A stretch of 32,000 bases of DNA from Opitutales bacterium (GTDB taxonomy: Bacteria; Verrucomicrobiota; Verrucomicrobiia; Opitutales; UBA9783), in the NCBI GenBank assembly GCA_046881885.1, contig JBKSMP010000024.1, positions 30,001 through 62,000 of the forward strand, in the 5' to 3' direction. Shown one piece after another: positions 1 through 8,444 of this stretch. The position numbers were made by a program, and so were the translations under genes. Under the pieces are notes generated by a model that was given only the letters and a program-made list of their open reading frames with translations, was not told the DNA's origin and searched no databases. The number at the start of each line of letters is the position of its first letter. Within the stretch, counting starts at the first letter, position 1.

Positions 1-1603
1 CTAAGGTTTGATTAAATTTAACGGCACCATTAGATGCAAAGGTTTTTAACTCATTTTCTTTTTGAAGCCAATTACCATAAGATTTTAAATTTAAAAAAGG
101 TGTAAATGCAGTATCCGTTCCAATGAGCTTCCCTTCATAGTTAATTTTGGTCATTTCGGAATTACATTCAGTTTTTCCATCAAGCTTAAAATGCGTGTTG
201 GATAGGATTGGAGTTTTTTGGTAAGTTAGCTTTTTAATAGCTATGCGAAGCGGTTGCAAAACAGAAAGTTGCCACTTTTCTTGGTCTGTATACGTAAGAC
301 CCAAATTCCCTGATTGTAATTGACCATCGATTCCCCAGTCAAAGTTTTGCAGGTAAGGATTGATGAATGCTAAAGGAATTTCGTAAATATGAAGATCCAA
401 CAATTGTAGATTTCTGTCAGCAGGAGTTTGTAAACCTTTTTTAAAATGATAGGCAAGTGCTTGATCGGACCGAACAGAGAAAAAAAGCTTCTTAGCTCCT
501 TTTTCCTTCAACGAAATTTTATAATTTTTTACTTGAACCTCTTTGGCATCGAAACAGGCTTGTAATTCGGCTTTAAAATTAAGGTTGGGTAAATTTTTTA
601 AGCTTGCATCAATCGTTTCAAAATGTTTTCCCCAAACACTCACTAATGTATGCGTATCCCAACGATTCGTCTTACGATTAAGGTTGCAAGTACCATCTAG
701 TAAAACAGATAAATTAGGGGTAGGATGAGGATAAAACGTATGAATCAAGGTATGATCAAAAATACCTTGCCAACGTAAATTAAGTGCATGAGCAGCTGTT
801 TTGAATGTTTCACCTTCTATTGAAAAATCATTCGCTTGTCCCCAATGAACTTCACACTTTAATGTTTCTGATTTTGAGTGCTCACTACCAGCAATAAAAC
901 AGGTGTAAGTACATTTAGGATATTTTTTCTGATGATTTTTAGCATTAACGAATCCTTCTACTTTTATTTTTTGGATTTCATTTTTATTGTTTAGCAGCAT
1001 TTGAGCTGATCCCTGTACTTGTAGATGCGAAAAATAAGGCTGATTATCAGTTTCTATTAAAGTTGTGTAATTACAAACACCCGACACATTTGGAACGAAA
1101 TTTTCGATAAATAGACGCGTATTTATTAACTGCAATCCATTTACGTGACCACTAACAGCGACATTTAAATGTTGTATATTGAGCGGTATGGGCAGTTGTA
1201 AGTGTTTTAAAAAACTAAATTTCGAAGCATTTTGTGAAAAAACCTTGGAAAAATCTGCCGTACAAATTTCCTTTTTCGTTGAACAAATTTGGCCGTTCAG
1301 CTCAAGAAACAGATTCATCTTTTGTATAAAAACACAACGTTGCGTAATCAGCTTTAAGGGCTCCCAAGCCAAATCCAAATTTCGCAAACACAAACTTTGT
1401 TTTTTATTTCTCAAGGTAATACTTTCGGCAGAAACATGGGACCAATTTCCCTTATAACCTTTAAATTTGATATCTTTGAATTGAGTTTTTAGCAATAAGT
1501 ACAAAAAGGCTTTTTGTGTACACGAAAAATGACCACAACAAAAAATTGTCAAACAAGTGATAAAAAAAGCCCAGAGTATATTTTTAAGCAATTTATGTTT
1601 CAT
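1..1603 (-). CDS. Large N-terminally membrane-anchored protein, N-terminal ~534 codons only (ORF continues past the window start); possibly AsmA/TamB-like
   Basis: ATG at 1603 on the minus strand. I checked every codon of this frame from 1603 down to position 2 and found no stop. It is missing from the ORF track because it has no stop inside the window. N-terminus MKHKLLKNILWAFFITCLTIFCCGHF looks like a signal-anchor. The rest is beta-rich with no motif I recognise. The AsmA/TamB idea rests only on this architecture. Confidence 0.75.
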   Translation of the reverse strand, partial: MKHKLLKNILWAFFITCLTIFCCGHFSCTQKAFLYLLLKTQFKDIKFKGYKGNWSHVSAESITLRNKKQSLCLRNLDLAWEPLKLITQRCVFIQKMNLFLELNGQICSTKKEICTADFSKVFSQNASKFSFLKHLQLPIPLNIQHLNVAVSGHVNGLQLINTRLFIENFVPNVSGVCNYTTLIETDNQPYFSHLQVQGSAQMLLNNKNEIQKIKVEGFVNAKNHQKKYPKCTYTCFIAGSEHSKSETLKCEVHWGQANDFSIEGETFKTAAHALNLRWQGIFDHTLIHTFYPHPTPNLSVLLDGTCNLNRKTNRWDTHTLVSVWGKHFETIDASLKNLPNLNFKAELQACFDAKEVQVKNYKISLKEKGAKKLFFSVRSDQALAYHFKKGLQTPADRNLQLLDLHIYEIPLAFINPYLQNFDWGIDGQLQSGNLGLTYTDQEKWQLSVLQPLRIAIKKLTYQKTPILSNTHFKLDGKTECNSEMTKINYEGKLIGTDTAFTPFLNLKSYGNWLQKENELKTFASNGAVKFNQTL

Positions 1604-1702
1604 AAAAAATCGTTTCACTATTTAACCAAAATAAAACCTTGCAAGATTTTCGCAAATGAATTTTCTAGAAAATATACATTTTTATAAAAATTTGTTGAAC
1701 AT

Positions 1703-2446
1703 ATGAAAAGATTAGAAAATAAAATTGCTTTAGTAACAGGTGCAGGCAGAGGAATTGGTCAAGCAATCGCAGAACGATTCGCCAAAGAAGGTGCAACTGT
1801 TTTATGTGTAAGTAGGACAGCAGCAAATTGCCAGCAAGTTGCAGAAGCTATTATTCAACAAGGAGGTTCGGCTGTTGCCTTTCCTATGGATGTTGCCGAT
1901 AAGCAATCCATTCAATCTGTTAGTCAACAAATTTTAGAACAATATCCAATGGTTGATATTTTGGTTAATAACGCTGGTATTACCCGTGATAAACTTTTCG
2001 TACGTATGGATGATTCGGATTGGGAAAATGTACTCTTTACGAATCTTTTTAGTGCCTTTTACTTGTGTAAGCAATTTGTCGGTCCTATGACGCGTAAACG
2101 CTGGGGACGTATTATTAATGTATCATCTGTTTCCGGAATTATAGGGAATGCAGGACAAGCAAATTATTCAGCTGCCAAAGCCGGTTTGTTAGGTTTCACA
2201 AAGTCTTTAGCTAAAGAATTAGCCTGTCGCTCTATTACAGTTAACGCGATTGCTCCCGGCTTCATTGCTACTCAAATGACAAAAGAATTGAACGAAACGA
2301 TTGTCGAACAAGCAAAAAAATTAATTCCATTAAAACGTTTTGGTGAAGCGGAAGAAATTGCAAACATGGCTATTTTCTTAGCTTCAGATGAGGCACAATA
2401 CATTACTGGACAGGTTATAAAAGTGGATGGCGGAATGGTAATGTAA
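1703..2446 (+). CDS. fabG: 3-oxoacyl-[ACP] reductase (SDR family)
   Basis: 247 aa. TGAGRGIG Rossmann motif, NNAG motif and catalytic YSAAK. Lies directly upstream of acpP-fabF. Confidence 0.9.
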   Translation: MKRLENKIALVTGAGRGIGQAIAERFAKEGATVLCVSRTAANCQQVAEAIIQQGGSAVAFPMDVADKQSIQSVSQQILEQYPMVDILVNNAGITRDKLFVRMDDSDWENVLFTNLFSAFYLCKQFVGPMTRKRWGRIINVSSVSGIIGNAGQANYSAAKAGLLGFTKSLAKELACRSITVNAIAPGFIATQMTKELNETIVEQAKKLIPLKRFGEAEEIANMAIFLASDEAQYITGQVIKVDGGMVM

Positions 2447-2514
2447 TCTTTACGCTTGATTTTATAAAAAAAACAATTACCTTAATAATCGTTCTTTATA
2501 AATAAAGTATTATT

Positions 2515-2769
2515 ATGACAGAAACAATAGAACAAAGAATTAAACGTGTCGTTGTTAATACGCTCAACGTAAAAGAAGAGCAAGTAACTTTAGAAGCATC
2601 CTTCCGTGATGATTTAGGTGCAGATTCCTTGGACCAAGTCCAACTTGTAATGAACCTCGAAGAAGAATTTAAAGACTTAATCGCAGGCGAAATTCCGGAA
2701 GCTGATGCAGAGACTTTGAATACAGTCGGAGAAGTCGTAAAGTATATTTCTGACAAAGCTGGAGCCTAA
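2515..2769 (+). CDS. acpP: Acyl carrier protein
   Basis: 84 aa. Phosphopantetheine attachment motif LGADSLDQV. Flanked by fabG and fabF. Confidence 0.95.
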   Translation: MTETIEQRIKRVVVNTLNVKEEQVTLEASFRDDLGADSLDQVQLVMNLEEEFKDLIAGEIPEADAETLNTVGEVVKYISDKAGA

Positions 2770-2781
2770 TAACGAATTTTG

Positions 2782-4032
2782 ATGGAAATGCTGAATGCGA
2801 ATCGCGTCGTAGTTACAGGGTTGGGGACGGTCAACGCATTAGGTAAAACCGTAGATGACTTTTGGTCAGCTTTGTTGGCAGGAAAGTCAGGAATAGGTCC
2901 CGTTACCCACTTTGATGTTTCCGAATTGCCTACAAAAATAGCATCTGAAATTTCGGATTTTAATCCTGCAGATTACATGGATGCTAAGGATGCAAGTCGT
3001 ACAGACCCATATGTCCATTTTGCAGTTGCTGCTGCCAAAATGGCTGCAGAAGATGCACGCTTGTCCGTTCCAGATGAAGAATCGGACCGTTGTGGCGTCA
3101 TCATTGGTACGGGTATTGGAGGCATGAAGAACATTGAAGAACAGTCGTTTGTTCTTTTTTCCAAAGGGCCTCGTCGCGTTTCTCCATTCATGATTCCCTC
3201 AACAATTTGCAATATTGCATCCGGTACAGTTGCTATCCATCTGGGGCTACGTGGGCCTAACTTCGGTGTCGTAAGTGCTTGCGCATCAGGTGCACATGCA
3301 ATTGGTGAAGCTTTCAATTTGATTAAGCTAGGGCAAGCAGATGTTATGTTGGCAGGTGGTAGTGAAGCCGCTATTCAAGCGCTTGCTTTTTCAGGATTCT
3401 GCTCGATGAAAGCAATGAGCACGCATTTCAATGATACACCAGAACGTGCAAGCCGTCCATTCGAAGCTCAACGTGATGGTTTTATCATGGGAGAAGGTGC
3501 CGGTATACTTGTCCTTGAATCCTTAGAGCACGCTCAACAACGCGGAGCACGTATTTACTGCGAATTATCGGGTTATGCTGCTTCTTGTGATGCTTTTCAC
3601 ATAACACGTCCAGAACCTTCTGGCAGGGCTTTAGTAGGATGTTATCGCAATGTTCTAAGAAATGCTCAAGTAAAACCTGAAGAGGTGGATTACATCAATG
3701 CTCATGGAACTTCGACCTATTATAATGATTTGATGGAAACAGCTGCCATTAAGGAAGTTTTTGGTGAACATGCTACATCCATTAACATTAATTCCATAAA
3801 ATCGATGTTAGGGCATCTTTTAGGTGCTGCAGGAGCTGTAGAAGCTATTGCAACCGTAAAGACTTTGACAACAGGCATGATTCCGCCAACCATTAATTAC
3901 GAAAATCCTGATCCTGAGTGTGACTTAAATTATACTCCAAACAAAGCTGTTCAGCGGGATGTAAAGGTCGCTATTACGGATAATTTAGGTTTTGGTGGCC
4001 AGAATGGTGCGCTGTTATTTAAAAAATTTTAG
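2782..4032 (+). CDS. fabF: 3-oxoacyl-[ACP] synthase II (KAS II)
   Basis: Active-site Cys in SACASGAH, His motifs in DAFHITRP and NAHGTST, GHLLGAAG, and a C-terminal GFGGQNGALLF. The track starts at TTG 2779; ATG 2782 is more likely. Confidence 0.95.
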   Translation: MEMLNANRVVVTGLGTVNALGKTVDDFWSALLAGKSGIGPVTHFDVSELPTKIASEISDFNPADYMDAKDASRTDPYVHFAVAAAKMAAEDARLSVPDEESDRCGVIIGTGIGGMKNIEEQSFVLFSKGPRRVSPFMIPSTICNIASGTVAIHLGLRGPNFGVVSACASGAHAIGEAFNLIKLGQADVMLAGGSEAAIQALAFSGFCSMKAMSTHFNDTPERASRPFEAQRDGFIMGEGAGILVLESLEHAQQRGARIYCELSGYAASCDAFHITRPEPSGRALVGCYRNVLRNAQVKPEEVDYINAHGTSTYYNDLMETAAIKEVFGEHATSININSIKSMLGHLLGAAGAVEAIATVKTLTTGMIPPTINYENPDPECDLNYTPNKAVQRDVKVAITDNLGFGGQNGALLFKKF

Positions 4033-4047
4033 TTGAATAAATGCTTG

Positions 4048-4076
4048 ACGCTGCTTTTTATAAAGCAGCGTTTTTG
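4048..4076 (+). terminator. Rho-independent terminator after fabF
   Basis: Perfect 10-bp stem acgctgcttt (4048-4057) / aaagcagcgt (4062-4071) with loop ttat, followed by ttttgtctt. Confidence 0.7.
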
Positions 4077-4124
4077 TCTTGCCTATCCTTCAATAAAAGC
4101 TTTTTTTGAAGAAAAGGATTTAAT

Positions 4125-4949
4125 GTGACGTATTCTATTTTTGATCCAAAAAAATTTTTGTTAATTGCTGGTCCTTGTGCTCTAGAATCAGAAGATTTGT
4201 GCAGAGAAGTTGCTGCTGTTTTAGCTAAAATAAAAGCTAAACATCGGGATAAAATAGAAGTTGTTTTTAAGACTTCTTTTGACAAGGCCAATCGTACCGA
4301 TGTTCACAGTTTAAGAGGGCTTGGTTTAGAGCAAAGCTTGGAAATTTTTTCACAGATAAAAAAAGAATATCAATTACTGGTAACCACGGATGTGCATTTG
4401 CCAGAACAAGTGGAACGTGTTGCAAGCGTTTGTGATGTTTTGCAAATTCCTGCATTTTTATGCCGGCAAACTGATTTGTTGCAAGCAGCAGCCGAATCCA
4501 AGCGTACCATTAATGTCAAAAAAGGACAGTTTTTATCGCCTTATGACATGAAGTTTGTGGTTGAAAAATTGGAATTTTTTGAAGCATCTGAAGTATGGCA
4601 AACCGATCGCGGAACTACGTTTGGTTATGGAAATCTCATTGTCGATATGCGTTCATTTGGCATTATGAAACAAAACAAGTGTCCTGTTATTTTTGACGCA
4701 ACCCATAGCTTACAAATGCCGGGTTGTGGCACTCGTTTAACCGGAGGAGATCGGCAATTTATTGCTCCGCTTGCACATGCAGCTCTTGCAGCAGGGGCCC
4801 AAGGTATTTTTCTGGAAACCCATCCAAATCCTGATCAAGCTTGGTCTGACAAGGCAACGCAGCTCGTTTTAGAACAATTACCTGAGTTTGTAGAAGGTTG
4901 TTTAAAATTCTGGGAACTCACCCATTCTTTAACCCCGAATGAAGCCTAA
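4125..4949 (+). CDS. kdsA: 2-dehydro-3-deoxyphosphooctonate aldolase (KDO-8-P synthase)
   Basis: GTG start. [42 protein letters not shown] and FDATHSLQ motifs typical of KdsA. Confidence 0.9.
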   Translation: MTYSIFDPKKFLLIAGPCALESEDLCREVAAVLAKIKAKHRDKIEVVFKTSFDKANRTDVHSLRGLGLEQSLEIFSQIKKEYQLLVTTDVHLPEQVERVASVCDVLQIPAFLCRQTDLLQAAAESKRTINVKKGQFLSPYDMKFVVEKLEFFEASEVWQTDRGTTFGYGNLIVDMRSFGIMKQNKCPVIFDATHSLQMPGCGTRLTGGDRQFIAPLAHAALAAGAQGIFLETHPNPDQAWSDKATQLVLEQLPEFVEGCLKFWELTHSLTPNEA

Positions 4950-5853
4950 AATCATATTTTTTTCTGCAGGCGAAATTGCTTTGCCATGTTTAAACTATCT
5001 GTTGAGGAATACAGCGGTAGAATTAGTAGGTATTGTAACCCAACCAGAACGTCCCAAAGGTCGTGGGCAAAAAATAAGTTTAAATCCGATTGCACAATGG
5101 GCAGAACGGAATCACATTCCTTATTGCCAAGCGGAAAAAATGGATGATTCCGTTTTAGATTGGTTGAAAGAAAAACAGCCTGATTTAGGCCTTACGATGG
5201 CTTTTGGCCATTTTCTAAAGTCCGCGTTTCTAGAACTTCCGCCATTGGGCATGTGGAACTTTCACACCTCTTTATTACCTAAATATAGAGGAGCATCACC
5301 GATTGCTAGCTGTTTACTAGATGGCGCGAATGAAACCGGTGTAAGCTTGATGGCAATGGTAGCGAAATTAGATGCAGGCCCTTGGATTGCTCAAGAAAAA
5401 GTCGAAATTACAAATGATGAAACAAGTTCTACATTGACGTCGAAGTTAGCTCAAGCGAGTGCACACGTATTAGAAACGACACTGCCTTCGCTTATCGATA
5501 AAACGTACATCTTGCACGAGCAAAATGAAGCCGAGGTTACCTTTACGTATAAGTTTAATAAAGCCGATGGTTTATTGGATTTTTCAAAACCTGCAATTGT
5601 TTTGGAGCGTCAAATTCGGGCGTTTCAACCTTGGCCAAGTTCTTATTTTTTCATAAATGAGCAGCGTTATATTGTCCATAAAGCCCATGTAGAAGCTTCA
5701 CAAAAGGGTGAAATTGGAACCCTGCATGTAGATCGTACCAACGGTACTTTTGCGATTCAAACGACTGAGGGTCTGCTTGTTTTCGATGTGATCCAAAAGG
5801 CTGGCGGCAAAGCATTAACAACAAAAGAATTTTTAAGAGGAACACAGTTTTAA
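4939..5853 (+). CDS. fmt: Methionyl-tRNA formyltransferase
   Basis: [13 protein letters not shown] and [16 protein letters not shown] motifs. Overlaps the kdsA 3' end by 11 nt. Confidence 0.9.
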   Translation: MKPKIIFFSAGEIALPCLNYLLRNTAVELVGIVTQPERPKGRGQKISLNPIAQWAERNHIPYCQAEKMDDSVLDWLKEKQPDLGLTMAFGHFLKSAFLELPPLGMWNFHTSLLPKYRGASPIASCLLDGANETGVSLMAMVAKLDAGPWIAQEKVEITNDETSSTLTSKLAQASAHVLETTLPSLIDKTYILHEQNEAEVTFTYKFNKADGLLDFSKPAIVLERQIRAFQPWPSSYFFINEQRYIVHKAHVEASQKGEIGTLHVDRTNGTFAIQTTEGLLVFDVIQKAGGKALTTKEFLRGTQF

Positions 5854-5854
5854 A

Positions 5855-6424
5855 ATGTATTTACTTACTTTTTTGATAGGTTATTTTTTAGGAGCATTGC
5901 CCTTTGGAGTTTGGGTTGCACGAGCTCATGGTGTATGTATTTTTGAAGTTGGTAGTGGAAATCCAGGCGCAACCAATGTTTTGCGAACAATAGGGAAAAA
6001 GGCCGGCTACACAGTTTTTGCTTTAGATGCCCTTAAAAGCATGCTTGCGGTTGCAATAGGCAGTCATTATGGAACCCTCTATTTAACCTTATTAGGAGTT
6101 CTTTTAGGCCATAGTTTTTCTTGTTTCGCTCATTTTAAAGGAGGAAAAGGTATTGCTTCTTTGATTGGCGGACTTAGCTTGATTATGCCATTACCTCTGC
6201 TGTCTGGACTTGTTGTTTGGTTCCTTATCTTCAAAATCTTTCGTTACGTTTCATTTGCATCGATTTGTTTTGTTTTTTCCTTATTGCCACTCTGTTGCTT
6301 GTTTTATGGCATAAAAGAAGCTCGTATGCATGCCATCCCTTTGGCGATTTTTACAATCTGTACACTTTTCTTTCATCGCTCTAACATAAAACGACTTTGG
6401 CAAGGAAAGGAACGACGTTTTTAA
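5855..6424 (+). CDS. plsY: Glycerol-3-phosphate acyltransferase PlsY
   Basis: 189-aa polytopic membrane protein with the GSGNPGATN motif and HxFxxFKGGKG (HSFSCFAHFKGGKG). Confidence 0.9.
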   Translation: MYLLTFLIGYFLGALPFGVWVARAHGVCIFEVGSGNPGATNVLRTIGKKAGYTVFALDALKSMLAVAIGSHYGTLYLTLLGVLLGHSFSCFAHFKGGKGIASLIGGLSLIMPLPLLSGLVVWFLIFKIFRYVSFASICFVFSLLPLCCLFYGIKEARMHAIPLAIFTICTLFFHRSNIKRLWQGKERRF

Positions 6425-7140
6425 TGGCTCTTTTGGTCAAAAAATTTGGCGGTAGCTTACTTAAAACAGTATCGGATTTTGATACAATTGCAGACTATTT
6501 AAGTCATTTTTACCAACAAGGACATAAACTAATTGTTGTTGTCTCAGCACCTGCAGGCCTCACCAATAGCCTGATTGCAGAAGTACATACTCATAAATTT
6601 TCCTCCAATAACAAAGCCTTTGATTTATTATTAGCCTTAGGTGAACAAAAATCCTGTGCTTTTTTAGGTTTAGCCTTAGAAAAAAGGAAAACACCCTTTT
6701 CCATCTTCGCGGGCCCACAAGTAGGAATAAGGAAAACAGCTTCTGGACATTGGCAAGTCGATACACAAGCGTACAAGGATGCAATCCCAAAAGGTATTGT
6801 TATTGTAAGCGGTTTTCAAGCGCTTAATGAAGCCAATCAATTGTTTGTTTTTGAACGTGGTGGATCTGATTTAACCGCACTCATTCTTGCCCATCAATTG
6901 AAGGCAGATCTTTGCGAGCTTTATAAAGATGTTGGTGGAATTTTCAATGTGGATCCTAAAAAAGATGCATCCGCAAATCCTTTTTGTAGCATAAGTTTTA
7001 ATTCCTTAGCATCACTTCTTCAACAAGATGCACCTATTGTACAGCAACAAGCACTTGAATATGCCAAAACGTATCAACAATGCTTTTGGGTAAAAAACTT
7101 AAATAATCAAGGTACTTTTGTGGGGGATTTGGATAAATAA
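6424..7140 (+). CDS. Aspartokinase-like amino-acid kinase, catalytic domain only (no ACT domains)
   Basis: MALLVKKFGGS, VVVSAPAGLTNSL, LGEQKS and GFQ...ERGGSDLTA...LKADLCELYKDVGGIFNVDP line up along the whole length with monofunctional LysC catalytic domains. The ORF stops where the ACT domains would begin. The ATG at 6424 overlaps the plsY stop (taatg). The track's 6397 start is an upstream extension. Confidence 0.7.
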   Translation: MALLVKKFGGSLLKTVSDFDTIADYLSHFYQQGHKLIVVVSAPAGLTNSLIAEVHTHKFSSNNKAFDLLLALGEQKSCAFLGLALEKRKTPFSIFAGPQVGIRKTASGHWQVDTQAYKDAIPKGIVIVSGFQALNEANQLFVFERGGSDLTALILAHQLKADLCELYKDVGGIFNVDPKKDASANPFCSISFNSLASLLQQDAPIVQQQALEYAKTYQQCFWVKNLNNQGTFVGDLDK

Positions 7141-7230
7141 AACATCTTAGAATTTCTACACAAATATAAGTATCGGTAGTCTAGAATCAGAAAAAATTTC
7201 TTTTACCTAATGCCTAATTTCACTTAAAAT

Positions 7231-8430
7231 TTACCCTTTTACAAACCAAGACTTTAGTTGTTCCCAAAAATTAGGTGTTGTTGAATTTGAAGCAGCAATT
7301 ACTTTTTGTTGCAAGGCGGAATGTAGTAAGCCAAAACACGTTGAATAACTTGGTGATTTCAAGGCTTCATCAGAACTTACTAATGGCCCTCTTACGCAAC
7401 AATCACATCGTAAGCATTGGGCAGCAATCTTTTCGATACCTTTAAGTAAAGCGCCTCCACCGGTTAAGATAACACCTGAAAGCAAGGGTTCGTTAAGGCC
7501 ATTACTTTTTATAAATTTAGCGATATAATCAAATAATTCTTGTGTACGTGCTTGTAGGATCGTACGAAAATTCTTCAATTTTATCTTTTTATCCCCAATA
7601 GATTGATTGCCTAATACCCAGATTTGCTCATTATCCAAATCGGAAGCGGGAATGCCATGTTCTATTTTCAAGCGTTCTGCATCTTCACTATGAATGCGCA
7701 AGCCTGAACTTAAGTCGTAAGTAAAATTTTGACTACCAACTGGCAAAGTTCCCATAATACAAGGTTGCTGGCCTTTATAAACTACAAATTCAGTCATTTG
7801 AGCGCCGACATCAATAACACAAACGCCATTTTCACGTTCCACCGAAGTGGTTGTAGCCAACGCAGAAGCGATTCCAGAAAAGGTCAATTCTTTTACGCGA
7901 AAACCAAACTGATTGACGGCATACAATTGATCTTTAATGGCTTGGGCTTTACCAAATAAGCCATTATAACAAACACTCAACTGGCATGCTGTATGCCCCA
8001 TCGGATAGCTTACAATTTCGTTATTTACAATAAAATGCTGCTTAAATTGATGTAAAAAAACGTCACCTTCTGGGAGTTCTTTTTTCAATGCTAAACGGAT
8101 AATCTGGGCAATATCGTGCTCATTAATAACATGTTGAAAACCCTTTAGAGACAATGTTGTTTCATACTGAACATTACGCATATGATTGCCACTTTGTGAA
8201 AGATACAATTGCGATGGTAATGCATGGTATTTTTTGGATAATTGATCAAATAACGCACTTAATACTTGCGTAAGGGCTTTTGAATCGGTCAAACTTGCTT
8301 TACGCATCCCTTTTGAATCTACTTGAGCGTGGCCTATTAAGTTCAAATGTTGATTTCGTACTTCTGCCAATAAAAATGTAATCGTTTGCGACCCAAGATC
8401 CAATGCACCTAAATAATCTCTTTTTTTCAC
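7231..8430 (-). CDS. ftsA: Cell division protein FtsA (actin-like ATPase)
   Basis: 399 aa, collinear with E. coli FtsA as I recall it. Matching blocks are ALDLGSQT (phosphate 1), ERENGVCVIDVGAQMTEFVVY (phosphate 2), ILTGGGALLKGIEKIA (adenosine) and STCFGLLH. The C-terminal amphipathic tail NFWEQLKSWFVKG matches the FtsA membrane-targeting helix (GSWIKRLNSWLRKEF). Confidence 0.8.
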   Translation of the reverse strand: MKKRDYLGALDLGSQTITFLLAEVRNQHLNLIGHAQVDSKGMRKASLTDSKALTQVLSALFDQLSKKYHALPSQLYLSQSGNHMRNVQYETTLSLKGFQHVINEHDIAQIIRLALKKELPEGDVFLHQFKQHFIVNNEIVSYPMGHTACQLSVCYNGLFGKAQAIKDQLYAVNQFGFRVKELTFSGIASALATTTSVERENGVCVIDVGAQMTEFVVYKGQQPCIMGTLPVGSQNFTYDLSSGLRIHSEDAERLKIEHGIPASDLDNEQIWVLGNQSIGDKKIKLKNFRTILQARTQELFDYIAKFIKSNGLNEPLLSGVILTGGGALLKGIEKIAAQCLRCDCCVRGPLVSSDEALKSPSYSTCFGLLHSALQQKVIAASNSTTPNFWEQLKSWFVKG

Positions 8431-8444
8431 AATATGAACCTTCT

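Noticed and set aside
543-1457. Plus-strand track ORFs 543..728 and 1179..1457
   Set aside because: Both lie inside the uninterrupted 534-codon minus-strand ORF (1..1603). They have low-complexity, unconvincing translations and are probably antisense artefacts.
2496-3317. Minus-strand ORFs 2496..2756 and 2973..3317
   Set aside because: They are antisense to acpP and fabF, whose identity is unambiguous. The same reasoning applies to the other antisense or out-of-frame track ORFs within confidently called genes: 4058..4291, 4267..4455, 5651..5845, 6560..6790, 6591..6776, 7729..7959, 9298..9483, 11024..11236, 11186..11509, 11753..11971, 12880..13254, 13202..13390, 14778..15056, 15217..15411, 16404..16649, 17004..17264, 17083..17391, 17929..18195, 18158..18433, 19309..19557, 19621..19821, 22113..22409, 24606..24791, 26125..26310, 26558..26782, 26569..26766 and 26917..27135.
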